A DNA stretch of 64,000 bases from Escherichia coli (lineage in GTDB: Bacteria > Pseudomonadota > Gammaproteobacteria > Enterobacterales > Enterobacteriaceae), in assembly GCF_003334785.1 (NCBI RefSeq), contig NZ_QOWV01000011.1, one strand, 5' to 3'. The notes below the pieces were generated by a model. The model ran no database searches and was not told the origin of the DNA. It worked only from the letters and a program-made list of their open reading frames with translations. Position numbers and translations under genes: made by a program. This document shows positions 24,196 to 33,766 of the stretch, one piece after another (positions within the stretch are counted from its first letter, which is position 1; every line of letters begins with the position of its first letter).

Positions 24196-24516
24196 TTACT
24201 TATCAACGACCTGCCAGCCATCATCTGTTTTGACCAGCTTGACAGCCGCTGTGCGTTTTTCGTTATCGACAACAGCTGTTACATTGCATTTATAGCTTTT
24301 ATCCGATAGTTTTTCGCAGTCGTGTTTTTTGACTGATTTTAACTTCCGCAGCATGTCAGGCGTGATATCGTTTCTCGCTATGGATTTAACGATGGCATTC
24401 GTCTGCTCCACGACCTTATTCATCGCAGTGTAAATATCCTGCTCAGACGGTTCACTGGTGCAGCCGGTCAGCAAAAAAATGGACGCAATGAGTGTGGTAA
24501 ATGCATATGTTTTCAT
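24196..24516 (-). CDS. Putative lipoprotein
   Basis: Signal peptide with lipobox LLTGC. Confidence 0.55.
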   Translation of the reverse strand: MKTYAFTTLIASIFLLTGCTSEPSEQDIYTAMNKVVEQTNAIVKSIARNDITPDMLRKLKSVKKHDCEKLSDKSYKCNVTAVVDNEKRTAAVKLVKTDDGWQVVDK

Positions 24517-24542
24517 AAAATAATCCCAGACGGTAGAGTACG

Positions 24543-24941
24543 TTATTGAAAAAGGCCGGTTTTCATCTTGCTGTTGTTTTCAGAGAACGTCCACTTGCTG
24601 ACGGTTTCGCCTTTAAATTCGATTTCCAGCGTTTTGGCCTGCGTCTGTGAACCCCCGGTCAGCAGTCCAATCACGGGAATGAATGTGGTGGCATCAAACT
24701 GATTGTTGTCCATCGAATAAGTCCATTGTTCATTGCCACTATCAAGTGTAGTTTTGGTTTCGGGCTGACCGAATGCGGTAATGATTTCTGATTTCGTTGT
24801 TTTATTTTTGATGATTTTCGACTGCAGACTTTGTGATGTTTCTTTTTTTAGATGCTGGTTGCCTGATGTTGAACAGCCAGAAATAAGTAAAGAAGAAATA
24901 AAAAACACAGAAATCATGAATCTGTTCATAAGTTTTCTCAT
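24543..24941 (-). CDS. Putative lipoprotein
   Basis: Signal peptide with lipobox LISGC. Confidence 0.55.
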   Translation of the reverse strand: MRKLMNRFMISVFFISSLLISGCSTSGNQHLKKETSQSLQSKIIKNKTTKSEIITAFGQPETKTTLDSGNEQWTYSMDNNQFDATTFIPVIGLLTGGSQTQAKTLEIEFKGETVSKWTFSENNSKMKTGLFQ

Positions 24942-24978
24942 ATTAATTTTTTATGTTTGCGGTGGTGTGAAATTAATA

Positions 24979-25254
24979 TCATCTTATAAAAACAACTCTG
25001 TCTGCATATTTCTTTTTAATAATGCAGATAAGAATAATGACGCTGGCAAAAAACGTAATGACTGAGGCAGGAGTGCTGCCGGTCAATGAAAACACTAACC
25101 AGGCGAGAGCTAATGCCACGAATTGAAACAGGAATGCCACACTGAGTGGACTTTCACCATAGGCCACTTTTGCATGGCAACCTTTGCAAACCCGCACACC
25201 GTGTGGGCTTTGTGTAAAGCAGAAAGGGCAGCTAATCGTTTTATTATCCATCAT
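24979..25254 (-). CDS. Small zinc-ribbon membrane protein
   Basis: CPFC...CKGC four-Cys motif followed by two hydrophobic helices. Confidence 0.45.
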   Translation of the reverse strand: MMDNKTISCPFCFTQSPHGVRVCKGCHAKVAYGESPLSVAFLFQFVALALAWLVFSLTGSTPASVITFFASVIILICIIKKKYADRVVFIR

Positions 25255-25439
25255 GACTCCGTAGCCTGATTTAAGGTGATGTATTTTTGAACATTTTCGA
25301 TGAATGAACTGCTTTAGTAAAATTGCTTGTACCGATCGATGGATCTCAGGCGATAGGTTATATCTATTATAACTAGATTATCGATCTATAAAAACGATCG
25401 ATATCTTATTGACTATCACTAAAGTATGGACTAGCTAAC

Positions 25440-26669
25440 TTATGGTGCAGGATGGTTGTTGTTTTTAAATGATTGTTCTTTATTGGTATTTGTTGTCATG
25501 GGATGACAGGGTGTCAGAATATGTAGGTGGAGGATTTGGTGGAAAGGATGTGCAGTGGCATGTAACAGAGACATGCCTCTGCGCCTGAGAAGTGCCACAA
25601 TATGGACGAGCAATACAAGCCATGAATACAGACGACGCTGGCGGGGTATCTGACGAGCTGTATTGTGCAGATTGCTCCTGAGCTGGATGATACCCACTGT
25701 CTCCTGTTGTCTTTCCAGACGAATTTTTTCTTCAAGCTGATGGATTTTCTCCAGAATCGTTTCCCGGTTTGCAGCCTGCTCTTCAGACTCGCATGATGGC
25801 ACTGGCACTGGCACTGGCACTGGCACTGGCACTGGCGCGGTTGTAGGTTCTATTGGCCTCTGGGCTTCTTTCAGTAAACTCAGATGCTCAGGCGTAAAAT
25901 CAATCAGTGCTTGCAGGGAAGACCAGCCATATTTTTTACCCAACTGAGATGCTTTAAAGGCAATACCCTGGTATTGAAATGAAAATCCACTCATTTTACC
26001 CGTAGTGGCGATATTGGGTTTGCAGGTCACTCCTTCCTGTTCCAGTAAGCGAACAAAGGTTAGTAAATCGGGATGGTGTGTTAATGCATTGTCGAGCAGG
26101 GCCTGCAACAGTGACTTAGGGCAGGGAGCTGCTGTGCGTTCTGCCATCATCAGTTCATTACGGGAAGGCTTCCTTTTATCCTGGCGGCTACTGCCGGTTA
26201 CACCCGTAGTTTCGGTGAGGCCGTGTACTCTCTCCAGCTCACTGATAATCCGTGTGCCGATAAGATTTTCATTTTTCCCCAGGTACAGTTTTCCACCGAC
26301 CATGTTAATACGACTTGCAATGATATGAATATGCTGCCCATCCGGATCATCGTGCATGATATAGCAGCGAAGATGGGTGTCAGTGAAGCCCATTCGGGCC
26401 ATATAATCGTCAGCGAATGCTGCCCACTGTCTGTTTGACAGTTTCTCACCCTTTGGCAGGCGAAGTGAATTATGCCAGACAGGTTTGGCGACATCGGGAC
26501 GCAGCAGTCGGGTGCCTTCAAATTCACTTATAAGCTCAGCAGCAGTGCTACCCGTCATGTTGCCACCGATGACATAAGGCGTGATTTTGTGGTGAGAACC
26601 TGACTTCAGGCTATAAATAACCACACCTGTGAATTGTTTACCCCTTTTTATTTTCTGCATGCCTTTCAT
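25440..26669 (-). CDS. Mobilisation relaxase (MobA/MbeA-like)
   Basis: 409 aa; histidine-triad-like relaxase motif HDDPDGQHIHIIASR; ATGA start/stop overlap with upstream mobC-like gene. Confidence 0.7.
   Translation of the reverse strand: MKGMQKIKRGKQFTGVVIYSLKSGSHHKITPYVIGGNMTGSTAAELISEFEGTRLLRPDVAKPVWHNSLRLPKGEKLSNRQWAAFADDYMARMGFTDTHLRCYIMHDDPDGQHIHIIASRINMVGGKLYLGKNENLIGTRIISELERVHGLTETTGVTGSSRQDKRKPSRNELMMAERTAAPCPKSLLQALLDNALTHHPDLLTFVRLLEQEGVTCKPNIATTGKMSGFSFQYQGIAFKASQLGKKYGWSSLQALIDFTPEHLSLLKEAQRPIEPTTAPVPVPVPVPVPVPSCESEEQAANRETILEKIHQLEEKIRLERQQETVGIIQLRSNLHNTARQIPRQRRLYSWLVLLVHIVALLRRRGMSLLHATAHPFHQILHLHILTPCHPMTTNTNKEQSFKNNNHPAP
25798..25836. repeat. Hexanucleotide tandem repeat (ggcact) x6.5 inside relaxase gene
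   Basis: Direct read; encodes (Pro-Val)n linker PVPVPVPVPVPVP on minus strand. Confidence 0.9.
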
Positions 26670-27073
26670 GGGTCTGACTCCAGAAATGTTGAGGGAATAA
26701 GGTGATCCCTGAGAGTTTTGATTTGTCTGCGCAGGGCGAAGAGTTCTGTACGGGTCAGTTCGCTGTCAGGGCTTTTGCTGTCGAGATGACTCAACAGGTA
26801 GTTTAAATCCTGTGAAAGGCTGCCAAGTTTTATCCATGCTTCACGATTGATTTCTGGCAGAACCGGCGGGAGTTTATTCAGGGAAGCCATCCTGAGCCAT
26901 TCTCCTTTTTTATACTGACCTCTTTTACTGTCGAGAATAATTAATTCTTCTTCATTTAATCTGACACTGATGCAGTGATGTCGTATTTCATTCTCAGGAA
27001 ATTTGTCAGTATGGAATTTACCGCGTTTTGATACTCTGGTTATATCATCATCATTACTCATGTCACTGTTCAT
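26666..27073 (-). CDS. MobC/MbeC-like relaxosome accessory protein
   Basis: 135 aa; position immediately upstream of and overlapping relaxase; family assignment from composition and context, weaker than relaxase call. Confidence 0.55.
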   Translation of the reverse strand: MNSDMSNDDDITRVSKRGKFHTDKFPENEIRHHCISVRLNEEELIILDSKRGQYKKGEWLRMASLNKLPPVLPEINREAWIKLGSLSQDLNYLLSHLDSKSPDSELTRTELFALRRQIKTLRDHLIPSTFLESDP

Positions 27074-27274
27074 AGTTATCCTTTTATTTCATGTTTATTA
27101 CTACAGATAACCGATGAAATGAATAAGTCAAGTTGTTACGGGATAAATAATTTAATTATCTGGATTAAAAAAGGTATACCATTTGACAAATAGTATACCC
27201 ACGAGGACATATCAGATTAATGGTCATTAAATGAATCCTTGCAGACTAAGAAAAGGGTTGTTTACTCCAGAGTT

Positions 27275-28228
27275 TTAGAGTCTTTTTCGTACAGATGAAC
27301 GGGGGATCTCTGGCTTCATTTCTTTTAACAGGTCTTTTTTCTCTCTTGCTGCGATATAAGAAAAAATCTTATCGGAGTCAGAACGCTGTCTGAGTATATC
27401 GTCGTCCATTCGGATACCATTTCGAATGAACCATTTCACACTTTCTATGCCGGTGTAGATACCAATATGTTTATCATGATAACAATTATAAAACTGAACA
27501 TGACTGATATCGGTATATTTTTTCAGTGAGGTAAAGAAGTACTTCATGTTTTTGACATATAATGCGAAGGAACAGTGTTCAGCGATAAGGATATTACGCC
27601 CTTTTTCATGAAGCAAAGCAATTAGAGGCAAAGCCTCAGTTGAAACATGTTTAAATAATACTGGCGTGCTGTCTATTCTATCAACATGGCGTTTGAGGGC
27701 ATTAATACTGAAATCATATATCCACCACTCGTTGTCAGTCGGAAGATCCAGCACCGCTTTGCCACCATAATCTCTGTGGTTTATGTCACACCCTTTATTT
27801 ACCCAGTAATCAAAGACATCATGATCGAGGAGGTCATAAAGAAGCGTTTGTCCTTCGTTATCTGTGCTGTGGATATCAATGCCCGCGTTTATGAGGAGTT
27901 CCGCACAATCTATGGCGTAGCGCTGCCAGTGAAGACAGGACTGGCCTTTATTATTTTTGTGGTGAACGTTAATACCTGACTTTATCAATAGCCTCACTGC
28001 ACGTGGGCTTTTTCTGCTAAACAGGGCATTATTACCATAACAATCTGTATGGTTCAGCGCTATGCCTGCTTCAATCATGGCTTTTAAAGCCCCGATACTG
28101 TCGCAACCGAAAAGGGCGTTTTCACCGTGTTCATTAAGTGTGTTAATGTCAATGCCTGCAGCAATGCAATTCTGGACGTCTTTTTTAGTTTTGCTGTCAA
28201 ATAAATTATCTTCTGTATAGTTACTCAT
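27275..28228 (-). CDS. Ankyrin-repeat protein
   Basis: 317 aa; several approx 33-aa ankyrin-like repeats (..G.NALF...LI.SGI.VNH.D..G.T.L..). Confidence 0.65.
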   Translation of the reverse strand: MSNYTEDNLFDSKTKKDVQNCIAAGIDINTLNEHGENALFGCDSIGALKAMIEAGIALNHTDCYGNNALFSRKSPRAVRLLIKSGINVHHKNNKGQSCLHWQRYAIDCAELLINAGIDIHSTDNEGQTLLYDLLDHDVFDYWVNKGCDINHRDYGGKAVLDLPTDNEWWIYDFSINALKRHVDRIDSTPVLFKHVSTEALPLIALLHEKGRNILIAEHCSFALYVKNMKYFFTSLKKYTDISHVQFYNCYHDKHIGIYTGIESVKWFIRNGIRMDDDILRQRSDSDKIFSYIAAREKKDLLKEMKPEIPRSSVRKRL

Positions 28229-28242
28229 GGGCGTTCTCCTTT

Positions 28243-28683
28243 TTAAGCGGTCGTTTTGTGCCAGGTATTATTGTTGTATTCATATTCTTTTATCTTAATG
28301 ATCTCGTCATAGATCCGTGAAAAAGAAAACCATGAGATCTCTTTCACTTCGCCTTTTTTGTTTGTGTAAATGATATTGCAGCCACGAAAAGAAAATGACT
28401 GATAGAAAGTATCGTGATTCTCCTCTTTAAGAAAACGGGTAAAAGCTTTTATGGTGTCTTTTTTTTCCATGCTATAAGAGAAAAAGGTATGGATAGCAAA
28501 TATGGTCAGAATATTTCTTTCCGTCACCATATGTCTGGAAAAATAATTAAGATAAAAAACATGATCTTCAATGCTATTTTTACAGAATATTGAAAAGTGA
28601 GGGTTATACAGACGGTAGAGATCTGTATTCTTTTTTGTTTTAGATAGGTAACTTGTCAGGGTTGAATAGTTTTGTTTTTTCAT
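28243..28683 (-). CDS. Hypothetical protein (operon with ankyrin gene)
   Basis: 146 aa ORF 15 nt downstream of ankyrin gene. Confidence 0.45.
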   Translation of the reverse strand: MKKQNYSTLTSYLSKTKKNTDLYRLYNPHFSIFCKNSIEDHVFYLNYFSRHMVTERNILTIFAIHTFFSYSMEKKDTIKAFTRFLKEENHDTFYQSFSFRGCNIIYTNKKGEVKEISWFSFSRIYDEIIKIKEYEYNNNTWHKTTA

Positions 28684-28685
28684 TT

Positions 28686-29042
28686 TTATTCTCCTTTATT
28701 ATTTTGATGAAATGAATGTATATTATCAAATAAATAAAAATCAAATTTATTTTTAATAATAAAAAATAAGCAAGCGTTTTCTTTTGAATAAACTAATTTA
28801 ATGTGATGTTTTATATAAATAAATTCATAGTTTGCAAAAAGTGCTATTTTTATTTCATGGTTGATTGATGGGCGTTTTTCCCCATTGCTTAGGGGGAAAT
28901 ATATCCCATTAATATTAAATGTTTGAAGTGAATCGTATTTTAGCAGGGGAATATTATATCTTTTACTTCTGTTTTGATTTTCAACTTTGTGTGTGAGACA
29001 CAATATGTGATAGTGTTGTGATAATCGTAAGTATCCTGCCAA
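28686..29042 (-). CDS. Hypothetical protein (operon with ankyrin gene)
   Basis: 118 aa ORF 3 nt downstream of previous. Confidence 0.4.
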   Translation of the reverse strand: MAGYLRLSQHYHILCLTHKVENQNRSKRYNIPLLKYDSLQTFNINGIYFPLSNGEKRPSINHEIKIALFANYEFIYIKHHIKLVYSKENACLFFIIKNKFDFYLFDNIHSFHQNNKGE

Positions 29043-29264
29043 AACGAATCATTCACTTTAAACCTTTACTGACATATTGGTTATATATTCTGAGAAATTT
29101 ATAGTGCAAAAGGCTCGGTGTGCAGACTTACGCCAGCCCAATCAAGCCGTAGTGCTTTAGTTTTGGGGCTTAGGTATGGTGGAAAAAAGCGACTCGTTAA
29201 GCTTACTGAGCTCTATGTATTTCAGGAGTCGGTCAGTAAGTTAACGATCCAAGAGGCTCATCAA

Positions 29265-29537
29265 TCATAAGAGATGTATCAATCTTGCGAGACTCTCACG
29301 GATTTTATCGCCGTCATAAATAGCAATCTCTTCAATATTGTTACCAATGAAAGTTTCAGCTGCCTGGATGGCTATCAGTTCAGACATACCAACGTTATCA
29401 GCCAGCTGGCGTGCTGCAATGACCTTGCTTTCAAGAGTTAGGATGACCGGCCTGTAGCCTGCGCGTTTGATTTTGATACAGTGTGAAATCAATTTCTCCA
29501 TAGGTGCGGTGGTCACTTGGAATGCAGTCGTACCCAC
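29265..29537 (-). CDS. Hypothetical protein, possibly gene remnant
   Basis: 90 aa ORF; flanking 29540-29770 has coding-like composition without intact frame. Confidence 0.3.
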   Translation of the reverse strand: MGTTAFQVTTAPMEKLISHCIKIKRAGYRPVILTLESKVIAARQLADNVGMSELIAIQAAETFIGNNIEEIAIYDGDKIRESLARLIHLL

Positions 29538-30376
29538 CTGAAAGGCCCCTTCACGGTCAATGTGTGGATCATTAGCATTGGCCCTGCGACTACTGATTTT
29601 AACATCTAGGGAAACGTAGCTGATGTTTGGCTTCGATAAGATTCTGTAGCACCGCCTCAGTGGGGTTGTCAGAACATTCCGCTGCCGCCTTAAGAATATC
29701 GCTTACTAGAGATGAAACTGGTTGATTGTAATCCCGGTCGACCGTTACTCTATGTTTATCCGGATAATTTTGGCGTACACATTAAGTGAAGAAAACTTCA
29801 AAGTGATTTGAAACAGATGTTGTATTCACTGGCTCATTTACATTAACTTGAGTGTTGTTCAGCACATGTTGAAACGCAGCTGTAAGGAAGATGATACAGC
29901 CAAGATGTATCCTTCATTATGGGGATTGGCGCGATGACCACCACGGCTTAGCCCGATTGATTATTTGGAAATTGATTAGAATGCATAATCTGGGCTGAGC
30001 TCACTTAAAGTCTCTAATGTTTGACTTGGAGATTTGGGGGGCAGTGGCTTTCAGTTTTGTTAACTCTAACATCTGGTTTACGTTCCTTTTGGAACAAGAA
30101 GCAGAGGTCTGCTAAGTAATGGTTGTACTGCTTGTGATAGGTATGACTGCATGTTCAGCGAGCAAGAATGGCTTAAAAGTTCTGTTACTGAGCACCCCAT
30201 GAAGTTAGAACGATGTCATAACGTGCACGTAACCGTTGAACTGTTCTCTTACAGATAATCTCTACATAGCTATTATTGCTTAGGCGGTAGCTATGTAGAT
30301 GGTTTTTGTAATATTATATTAAAAGTTCATACAGCGACTATAGCATCATTGCGAAAAATATCAGGAGGTGAGTTTA

Positions 30377-32482
30377 ATGTTACGAAAAAGCAAACTTACA
30401 GAGATATATAAAAGGTTTGGTTTTACTGAAGAAAATACAGGTAACGAAAGTATTGCTGTATATTCTATTAAAACAGGGCACTACCATAACGCGGACATAC
30501 TTCCACTAAATAATGAGGTTAATGTAAATCAAACCTTTGAAGAATATAGGCAGTTAGGTTATGCATGTCAAATTAAAAAATATCAGTCTTATGAAGAAGC
30601 ACATAAGGAATTATTTAATGGCTTCTTTAGCGTCGATTCAACTAAAGAAAGGTTGATTAAAGATTATAATACTTTCACAGATTCAATTGTAAAAATTCAC
30701 TCACCTACTGCAACTTATTCCTACATAAATTCAAAATATTACTTAAATGGTGTTATTGGCGAAGCTAATGTTGTTACGGAAATATTAGAGAGAATACAAC
30801 ATAGGCGTCCAATTCTGTTTTTGATTGAGGCTGCAGCCGGTTTTGGAAAGACTTGCACGGCGTATGAATTATTGAGGGAGATTATAGTTAACAATATAGG
30901 GAAAATACCATTATTTTCAGAACTATCAAGGAATAGGCAAGCAAAAATATTCAGGTATGTACTATTAGATGAAATTGATAGAAGTTTTCCTTTGTTAAGC
31001 TCAGCCTTAGTAAGGAATGAAATAAGAGCAGGAAATGTACCAGTTATACTTGACGGGTTTGATGAACTATTGCATGAAAGTACAAACGGAATTGAAAATA
31101 ATTATGAAAAAACAGAGCCAATGCTGGAAACAATAAGTGAGCTTCTAACTGATAGTGCAAAAGTGGTTTTGACAACTCGAAGAACAGCTATATTTGACGG
31201 AGATGAATTCCATCAGTGGATAGCATCACATCAAGAAGATTTTGATGTGATAAGAATAAGAATTCATGAACCACAAATTGAAGACTGGCTTCCAGGTCAA
31301 CGTTTAGATGAAATTTCATCGACAGGATTTCCTCTTAACAAATTATCAAACCCTGTACTGCTATCATTTCTAAGATGCATCGACGACACCGACTTTAATA
31401 AAGTTATAAGCGACCCAACAACTATAGTGAGGAAGTATTTTGATTCAATGCTTGAGCGAGAAAGAAAAAGACAAGATTTATTAATGTCTATTGAAGATCA
31501 ATATACTATACTAAAAATAATAGCTGACGACATGGTCGAGGGTAACTACACATCTGAGTCTAGAGAGTATATATCGTTAGTCATAACTGAAAAGAATCAA
31601 CAACTCTTGGAGGCTACAAGAAAGCTTTATACTGTAGATGAAAGACCAACTACTGACGAATTAGTTAATAAATTAGCATCGCATGCTCTATTAGATCGGT
31701 CAGGCTCAGAAAACCAAGGTATTGGATTTGTTAATGAATTTGTTCTTGGTAATTTTGTTTCTGAAAATATTATTAATGATAAGTCAAATGAATGGATTGG
31801 TGATAAACGTTTTATAGAACCAGCAGTGCAATCTTATATGCCGAGGATCGATGATGAAAAAGAATTACTTTGGCATAGCTTAGAGTTTGCTTTATATTTT
31901 ATGTCAGGTAATGATAAAATCCTTTATAGTCATTTGCTTATAGGAAAAGTTCCATTAGATTTAAAAAATGATAGTGTTGAGCAATTGTCTATATCAAAAC
32001 TTTCTTTAGGCGATATAAATATAATACATGATACTATCTTTGTTGATTGTTCGTTTTTTAGCAGCATATTTACCTGTGGTAATTATAAAAACGTTACATT
32101 CGTGAACTGTTCTTTTATAGATTGTAGTTTTAACGAATTAAGTGGTAGGGAAGATATTTATTTTTTGGGATGTGAATGTGACAATGATGCTATTAATAAA
32201 AAATCTGTCGAGATAAACAGTGAAAATGATCACGATATTACAGATTGTGATATTTACATCTTAGAGAAGTTCTGTCCCAGAGGGAGTGTTAGCTATCATA
32301 AGCATCGGCCTATAAAAGGCTTATGTTCTAACAACAATCAATTTCAGTTAAGTGAAATACTCCATTCTTTAGATAAATTGAGGAAAGACGGTCTTTTACT
32401 TACGCCAGACAAGCGTTCGTTCCTTGAACTTAACATGGCAAGAATATCAGAGATTAAAGCAATTCTTGGGAGGAATTTCTGA
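30377..32482 (+). CDS. NACHT/STAND-type P-loop NTPase with C-terminal pentapeptide repeats
   Basis: Start at ATG 30377 with aggagg RBS; Walker A AAAGFGKT; NACHT-style Walker B VILDGFDEL; C-terminal run FVDCSF-FSSIF-TCGNY-KNVTF-VNCSF-IDCSF. Confidence 0.7.
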   Translation: MLRKSKLTEIYKRFGFTEENTGNESIAVYSIKTGHYHNADILPLNNEVNVNQTFEEYRQLGYACQIKKYQSYEEAHKELFNGFFSVDSTKERLIKDYNTFTDSIVKIHSPTATYSYINSKYYLNGVIGEANVVTEILERIQHRRPILFLIEAAAGFGKTCTAYELLREIIVNNIGKIPLFSELSRNRQAKIFRYVLLDEIDRSFPLLSSALVRNEIRAGNVPVILDGFDELLHESTNGIENNYEKTEPMLETISELLTDSAKVVLTTRRTAIFDGDEFHQWIASHQEDFDVIRIRIHEPQIEDWLPGQRLDEISSTGFPLNKLSNPVLLSFLRCIDDTDFNKVISDPTTIVRKYFDSMLERERKRQDLLMSIEDQYTILKIIADDMVEGNYTSESREYISLVITEKNQQLLEATRKLYTVDERPTTDELVNKLASHALLDRSGSENQGIGFVNEFVLGNFVSENIINDKSNEWIGDKRFIEPAVQSYMPRIDDEKELLWHSLEFALYFMSGNDKILYSHLLIGKVPLDLKNDSVEQLSISKLSLGDINIIHDTIFVDCSFFSSIFTCGNYKNVTFVNCSFIDCSFNELSGREDIYFLGCECDNDAINKKSVEINSENDHDITDCDIYILEKFCPRGSVSYHKHRPIKGLCSNNNQFQLSEILHSLDKLRKDGLLLTPDKRSFLELNMARISEIKAILGRNF

Positions 32483-33387
32483 TGTATAACGGGAATGAAT
32501 TGCGAATTATTCAAAGTTTGCAAAAAGATATAGAAGATGAACTTAATCGTATTGGATTACTTTATCGTTTTTTTTCGAGGACAAAATCAGAAAGCTCAAT
32601 AATTAAGAAATATGAAAAAGAGCCTAATAAATACTCAGAGGATGGTAAAAAAATTCAAGACTTATTTGGGGTTAGGATAATATTATATTTTCCTGATGAT
32701 TTATTTATTGCTCAAAAAACACTGGAGAAATTATTCGAAATTGAATCTAAAACCGTAGACGAAACCACGGCTAATCTCTTTGCGGCAACTCGATGCAATT
32801 ACGTCTTTAAGTTACCAGAAGTATTATCAAATGATAGTGTCTTATTAAAGAAATATTCTTATATTGATACTACTTTTGAAGTCCAATTTAGAACTATTTT
32901 ATCTGAAGGATGGCATGAAGTTGAGCATGATCTACGCTATAAGTGCAAAGAGGATTGGGTTGAGCATAATGACCTTAGTCGCGCGCTGAATGGAATTTAC
33001 GCCTCTTTGGAAACATCTGATTGGGGAATAATGAAGTTATTTGAGGATTTAGCATATAGAAATTATAAGTCAAGCGCATGGTCCGCTATGCTAAGAAATA
33101 AATTAAGATTGAGAATGGACGATAAGCTTGATGAAAAGATAATTTCAATAATTAATGAGAAAGAGCTTGGTAAAAAGTTTTATAGAATTGACAGAGATCG
33201 TTTGTTATCGTTAATGTTAGATTATAATATTGATATACCAATTAATCTTAATAATATAATTTACCTTTGTAATTATTTTTTCATAAAATCTACGGAGCTT
33301 CAGGATATAGCCCCTGCTTTAATAATGAAAAAGCTTACAGATGCTGATGAAAAATTCAATAAAAATACTATTTTAGCATCTAAATAA
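32482..33387 (+). CDS. RelA/SpoT-domain nucleotidyltransferase (alarmone-synthetase / toxSAS-like)
   Basis: Start overlaps upstream stop (TGATG); motifs FSRTKSESSIIKKYEK, DLFGVRIILYFPDD and EVQFRTILSEGWHEVEHD correspond to the RelA/SpoT synthetase fold (G/RxKS..S, D..G.RII, ExQIRT). Confidence 0.65.
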   Translation: MYNGNELRIIQSLQKDIEDELNRIGLLYRFFSRTKSESSIIKKYEKEPNKYSEDGKKIQDLFGVRIILYFPDDLFIAQKTLEKLFEIESKTVDETTANLFAATRCNYVFKLPEVLSNDSVLLKKYSYIDTTFEVQFRTILSEGWHEVEHDLRYKCKEDWVEHNDLSRALNGIYASLETSDWGIMKLFEDLAYRNYKSSAWSAMLRNKLRLRMDDKLDEKIISIINEKELGKKFYRIDRDRLLSLMLDYNIDIPINLNNIIYLCNYFFIKSTELQDIAPALIMKKLTDADEKFNKNTILASK

Positions 33388-33405
33388 TAACTATCTCCGG
33401 CTATT

Positions 33406-33433
33406 AAGTAGGCCTTGTATTTTAGGCCTACTT
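33406..33433. terminator. Hairpin downstream of the NTPase-RelA/SpoT pair
   Basis: Stem aagtaggcc/ggcctactt with 9-nt loop; A-run on plus side, so may serve either strand. Confidence 0.4.
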
Positions 33434-33766
33434 AAAAAGTTTCATTATGTGAAGTGATGATGATAGCAAATCTGCTATCTTTATGGTTGGATGCGAGAAA
33501 ATATTTTTATCCCGACACAACAACTGGTAATGATAGAAAATTTAAACCCAAAAATGCTACAGTAGCCTCAGCTCACAAACGGAGTATAAAGTGGCGGTTA
33601 CTCTTTAGTGGGAATACTGTAGATAGTTGATAAACTGGGCTGGATTTTCTTTTCTAACCGAAGGGAAGAAAAGCAAGGGGAACCCAAAGAAACAAGCGCA
33701 GCGGCTTCGTAGGGTTAGCCCTTGCTTCTTTTATAATTGGCATTATTCATTCAAGAACAATAGGAT

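Noticed and set aside
25798-25836. Possible CRISPR array
   Set aside because: Repeat unit is only 6 nt with no spacers and is in-frame coding sequence; no CRISPR-like repeat-spacer structure found anywhere in the window.
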